From contig BQFW01000012.1 in assembly GCA_020891255.1 (NCBI GenBank), forward strand, positions 1,302,001-1,366,000: 64,000 nt of DNA, read 5' to 3'. Source of the stretch: Entomortierella parvispora E1425. Lineage: Eukaryota > Fungi > Mortierellomycota. The notes beneath the pieces were generated by a model. The model did no database searches. It saw only the letters and a list, made by a program, of their open reading frames with translations, and had not been told where the DNA came from. The translations under genes were made by a program, and so were the position numbers. Shown one piece after another: positions 60,228-64,000 of this stretch; the first letter of the stretch is position 1, and each line of letters opens with the position of its first letter.

Positions 60228-62137
60228 CCGCGGGATTATGCAACTATTTTGAGGCTCTCGTAGTTTCCGAGAGAAGGATTGGGTGGTGGCCATTGAGGGT
60301 ATTAGATGTAATATGTTTTTGTTGCGGCTTTTTCTTGTGCAATACACCTCTGGGGAACAGGGTGTTGAACCCTGCAAGGCTCTAGTGCACTGAGAATGGC
60401 GGCGTCGAATCCCAGATCGCGTGTCGGCAATGAGTGACAGTGAGGATGAAGTTTGGTGTCGATGCTGAGGGCGCTGTTTTTGAGGAGAGAAGTTGCTTAG
60501 AGATGAAGACAAGAGAGAGCGCAGTGAGGCGAGGAGGGAAGGTACACGATGTCGTTGGGTCGGCACTGGTCGTCTATGAGTAGATGTAGGGGATGGTATC
60601 AGCGGCCAAGGGTGGTCGTATTGGTGATTCCTATGACGGTGGTGCTCCTGTCTGTGATGGATAGGGGCAGGAACCATTGGTGGAGAAAGCGTGAGGAGAG
60701 TTGTCTATGCAAATGGGAGCCTGTGTTCAAGCAAGAGTCAAAGAGAACAAAGGCAGATGGCGTGTTAGCAGCAGACAGAGAAGGGGTGGCCGGGCCGGAC
60801 GGGGGAAAGAAAGGTCCAAGTCGCATGCACGCAAATCGGGCGAGCAGATCGAGCCATGGTCACACAATGAACCCAATAATGATGATCAAATGAACAGGGA
60901 AGGGTGGAGGAGCCGTTGTTTGTTTGTCAACTACAACCAACGGCCCTGAACCAAGATTGGAATCTACGGGCAGAGCGTGGGTAAGGAAGAAGGACGGAGA
61001 GGATTCCTTTCCGTTGTTGCCCCTCGTCCCTGCATCCTTGGCTCGTTGTCTCTCACTCTCATTCCCTTTTAACAAGTCATGAAATGAACGACCAAGTGCT
61101 CAGAAAGGAAGAGGCACAATGGTAGGAAGCCATCACCCGGATTCTACACCTAATGGGATGGTGCATGCCATATTTCAAACTCCAGGAAGACAAGGCCTTC
61201 TTTTTGAGAGCAGTAATCAACCAACGTGAGCACATTCCATCCCGAGGACCACGAACAGGAACACGGTTGCGGGTCCAAACGACAGTAATTAGAGTCAGCA
61301 AAAGATCACGGACATGAACTAGCCGAGAGACTAACTGTCGGAAGAGGATAAAGGGTGGAAGGTATCGCCAGCATATACGGCTTTGAAGAAGCATGTCTCG
61401 TGAATGAAGAGACACCGAGTGAAATATAAGGGAGCTGCAGAGCCATTGAGATGAGTCTGCTGCAGAGAATTGAGCCGAGGGTGGGGAGCCAGTTTGTGTC
61501 TGTCGGAGACACCTCGGCGTTTGTGTGTGTGATGGGGGTGTATTTGCGTGCATATGCATGCAGTGGAAAGAAAGAAGACTGGTGAAGAAAAGAAAAACAG
61601 GAAGAGGTGACCGAGGGTCATTCGATAGTTTGCAGGCAGGGCACGAGCGAACGGTCTGCTGCGGTGTGTGGTTGTTGGAGGGCGAGGGAGAGGGGCAGAA
61701 AGGGGGGAAGGAAGAGGGGAGGAGGGAATGGTAAAAGTGCAATGCCAGAACACCATGCACCACTGGGTTTCCAAATTGGTTCTAGTGTGATCAGATTCGG
61801 CCCAATGTTGGCTGGTGCCAGGGAGGTTGGATCCGCAGGTTGGGATGAGGAGGAGAATGGAGTGAAGGACAGGGAGGCAAAGGCGAGGGAGGCAAGGGGG
61901 GAGGGGGAGGGGGGGTCGGAATGAAAAAAAGTGAAAAAGTGAAAAAGTGAATTGCATGCATGGACGAAAGGATGGCAGAGTGGCGCAAGACAATAGCGAG
62001 ACATACGTTCTGACGGAAGGTATGAAGGTTGAGAGGGACAAGAGGGGAAGCGGTGAATGAGAGAAAGAGGGTTCAGCGTGTTGTAGGCAATGAATGAACA
62101 AGAGCGAGTCGAGAGCGTCCAGGGAGTCAAGAGGAGG

Positions 62138-62310
62138 GAGGAGGAGGAGGAGGAGGAGGAGGAAGGAGAAAGAAAGAGAGTGATCAAGAAAGTGAAGACT
62201 AGGGGCGGAAAAAGAAACTTGAGAAAGCAAAGCAGAGAGAGAGAGAGAGAGAGAGAGAGAAGGGAAAAGGGGCGGACGAATGAATGAATGAACGAATGAA
62301 ATGAAAATGA

Positions 62311-62356
<46 letters not shown>

Positions 62357-62500
62357 CCGACAGCCTGGGATGGAGAGAGAGACACACTGATAAAAATATG
62401 GTTCGTTCATTTGTCAGGATGTGGGATGTGTGCTGTCTGGTGTGTTTGTGTGCCTGTGTGTCGGTGTGTGTCTGTGTGTCTGAATGAATGAATGAATGAA
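62138..62500. repeat. Compound microsatellite cluster: (GAG)n, (GA)n, (AATG)n, (AGAC)11, TG-rich repeats, (TGAA)n
   Basis: (GAG) run about 62138-62164, (GA) about 62234-62258, (AGAC)11 at 62313-62356, (GAAT)4 near 62481-62497. Confidence 0.85.
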
Positions 62501-62840
62501 AGAATAGAGCGATGCTCCTTCCTCCCTTCCTCCTCCCCTCCCTCCGTGATGTTGAGGGCTATTCTTATTGTTCTACCTCTCATTCCTGTCCTTGGCTCCC
62601 ATCAGGCCATCACCACATCCACTTTCCACATCCTGTCCACCTGTCCACCTGTCCGCCTGTCCACCTCCCCTGGCAGCAAAAGGAGATCAAAGCAGAAGCA
62701 AAGCAATTTACACCACCAAAAACAGACTCTCGTGAACTGATGTCATGGTGCTCTTTTCCTTCTGTTCTTGAAAAAGAAAAAGAACACAAAGACGCCCTCT
62801 CTCCCAATGAGTGAGGCGCCCTTCTCTCTCCCCTTTGTGC

Positions 62841-62846
62841 TCTCTT

Positions 62847-62898
<52 letters not shown>
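62841..62898. repeat. (CT)n microsatellite
   Basis: Near-perfect CT repeat interrupted by TT. Confidence 0.88.
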
Positions 62899-63599
62899 AG
62901 CAACGAAATCTTCCCTCCGCCTCGTGCCCCCTGATTGGCCACGATCCCATCCAGTCGCGACGACGCGATCGCCCCTCCTTCGATCCCAGCAAGCACCCGT
63001 TCGATTTCGTCGATTCCGACCGCCCGTCCCTGCCCTATAGCGCTGCAGCAGATCCCAAAAAATAGACGGATCCGAAACCTGCTCCACCCACGCCTGTGAT
63101 CTTGCTGAGACATGGAACCACCACATCCGGCCAGCCTGCGGTGCACTGCCCAGGGTCCTGTTTGCTGTTTGGTGTGGGGGCTCCCTCCCTCCCTCTGCAT
63201 CTCTGCAACTTCAAGTGGCCGGGATGACCACGCGCACCGACCGGTCCGAAAATGGATGCTCAGTCAAGCAAGTCAACATGATTATGAACCTACCAGAAAC
63301 CCTTTGAGAAAAGAAACTCTGTGTACTACCTGATAAGACGAGTCAAAGTCAAAGGACGACACCGTCTCCTCCTTGAAGCAGTTGTTAGGCGATCGTCTAT
63401 TTTCAATAGAGCCAGAGAGCCAGGGTGACTCTCTTACGCGGCTTTACCACAGAGAATGATTTATTTGGCAAGGCTCCAAAGGGGGGGGGGGGTAAAAAAA
63501 ATACTCTCTTGGTGCTCTGGGGCTTTGTATTGTTTTTGACATGCAGGTATTGAATAAATGAGTGGAGTGGTTTGGATTGTCCTTTTAGTTTCCAAGGAC

Positions 63600-63851
63600 C
63601 TAGAGTTTCGACCGTGCAGCCGGCTTGTGGCCTGAGCGGTATTGCAAGTTGGGCTCCATGGATTGGAAGAGATCCTGAGAGTGGGCTTCAGCAGCGTTAT
63701 TCTGTGTGTAGACTTGAAGATCGACAAGCTTTTGGTGAGGGTTTAGCGTCTGTGAAGGCTGCTGATGTTCCTGCTGAGAGGGTTGCGATGTAGTGGTATC
63801 CAGGACGCCATTTGAGGCGAGATCAGAAAGGATAAAGTCAGACTTGGACAT
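63600..63851 (-). CDS. Hypothetical 83-aa protein ending in a canonical PTS1 (SKL)
   Basis: ATG follows a CT-rich leader like those of the other genes here; hydrophilic protein-like sequence; ends ...KPAARSKL then TAG. Confidence 0.45.
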   Translation of the reverse strand: MSKSDFILSDLASNGVLDTTTSQPSQQEHQQPSQTLNPHQKLVDLQVYTQNNAAEAHSQDLFQSMEPNLQYRSGHKPAARSKL

Positions 63852-64000
63852 GGTAAGGCGTGAGTTCGATTCGAGAGGGTGAGAGACGGAGGTCTTGGCA
63901 AGAGTGAAGAGCGAAAGAAAGAAGAAAAGGAAAGGAATAGAAAAGTGGGGGGGAGTATAGCTTTGCTGAAGAGGATGCTTTCCCCAACAATGAACAATGG

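Noticed and set aside
61077-62410. Several 200-360 aa ORFs upstream of the HK
   Set aside because: They are translations of microsatellites and pyrimidine tracts (LSLSLS, VCLS repeats) with no domain signal.
1-64000. tRNA, rRNA, snRNA, TPP riboswitch, CRISPR array or transposon ORFs
   Set aside because: By eye I found no T-loop/anticodon cloverleaf, U1/U2/U6 or 5S signatures, repeat-spacer periodicity, or RT/integrase/transposase motifs. A covariance-model scan would be needed to be certain.
1-64000. U12-type (minor) introns
   Set aside because: The RTATCCT matches I found fall inside exons, intron interiors or intergenic DNA, not at reconstructed donors.

Overview
Eukaryotic, intron-bearing, roughly 50% GC fungal DNA with CT-rich gene leaders, poly(A/T) tracts and microsatellites. 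Gene content and style suggest an early-diverging fungus, most likely Mortierellaceae (inference). I can support about 18 conventional protein-coding genes and two short orphan ORFs. A compact housekeeping block (SPT4, ESA1, DUS2, NAT3, a GPT2/SCT1-type GPAT, RPS20, an MDR oxidoreductase) is followed by a RasGEF, a GPI-anchored chitin deacetylase, an SLC17/PHT4-type MFS transporter, APN2, a WRN/EXD2-type 3'-5' exonuclease, a 7.7 kb gene-poor interval, a Crz1-like C2H2 factor, a single-pass membrane protein, a small secreted Cys-rich protein and a TTC1-like TPR protein. The standout is a roughly 2,600-aa receptor on the minus strand (51815-60227). It has a signal peptide, two tandem periplasmic sugar-binding-like folds, a Cys-rich stalk and one TM helix. 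These are followed by a pseudokinase and signalling helix closely resembling animal receptor guanylyl cyclases, but the output is a hybrid histidine kinase (HisKA, HATPase, split pseudo-receiver, receiver) instead of a cyclase. I recognised no rRNA, tRNA, CRISPR array or transposon. Exon boundaries were read by eye and may be off by a few bases.
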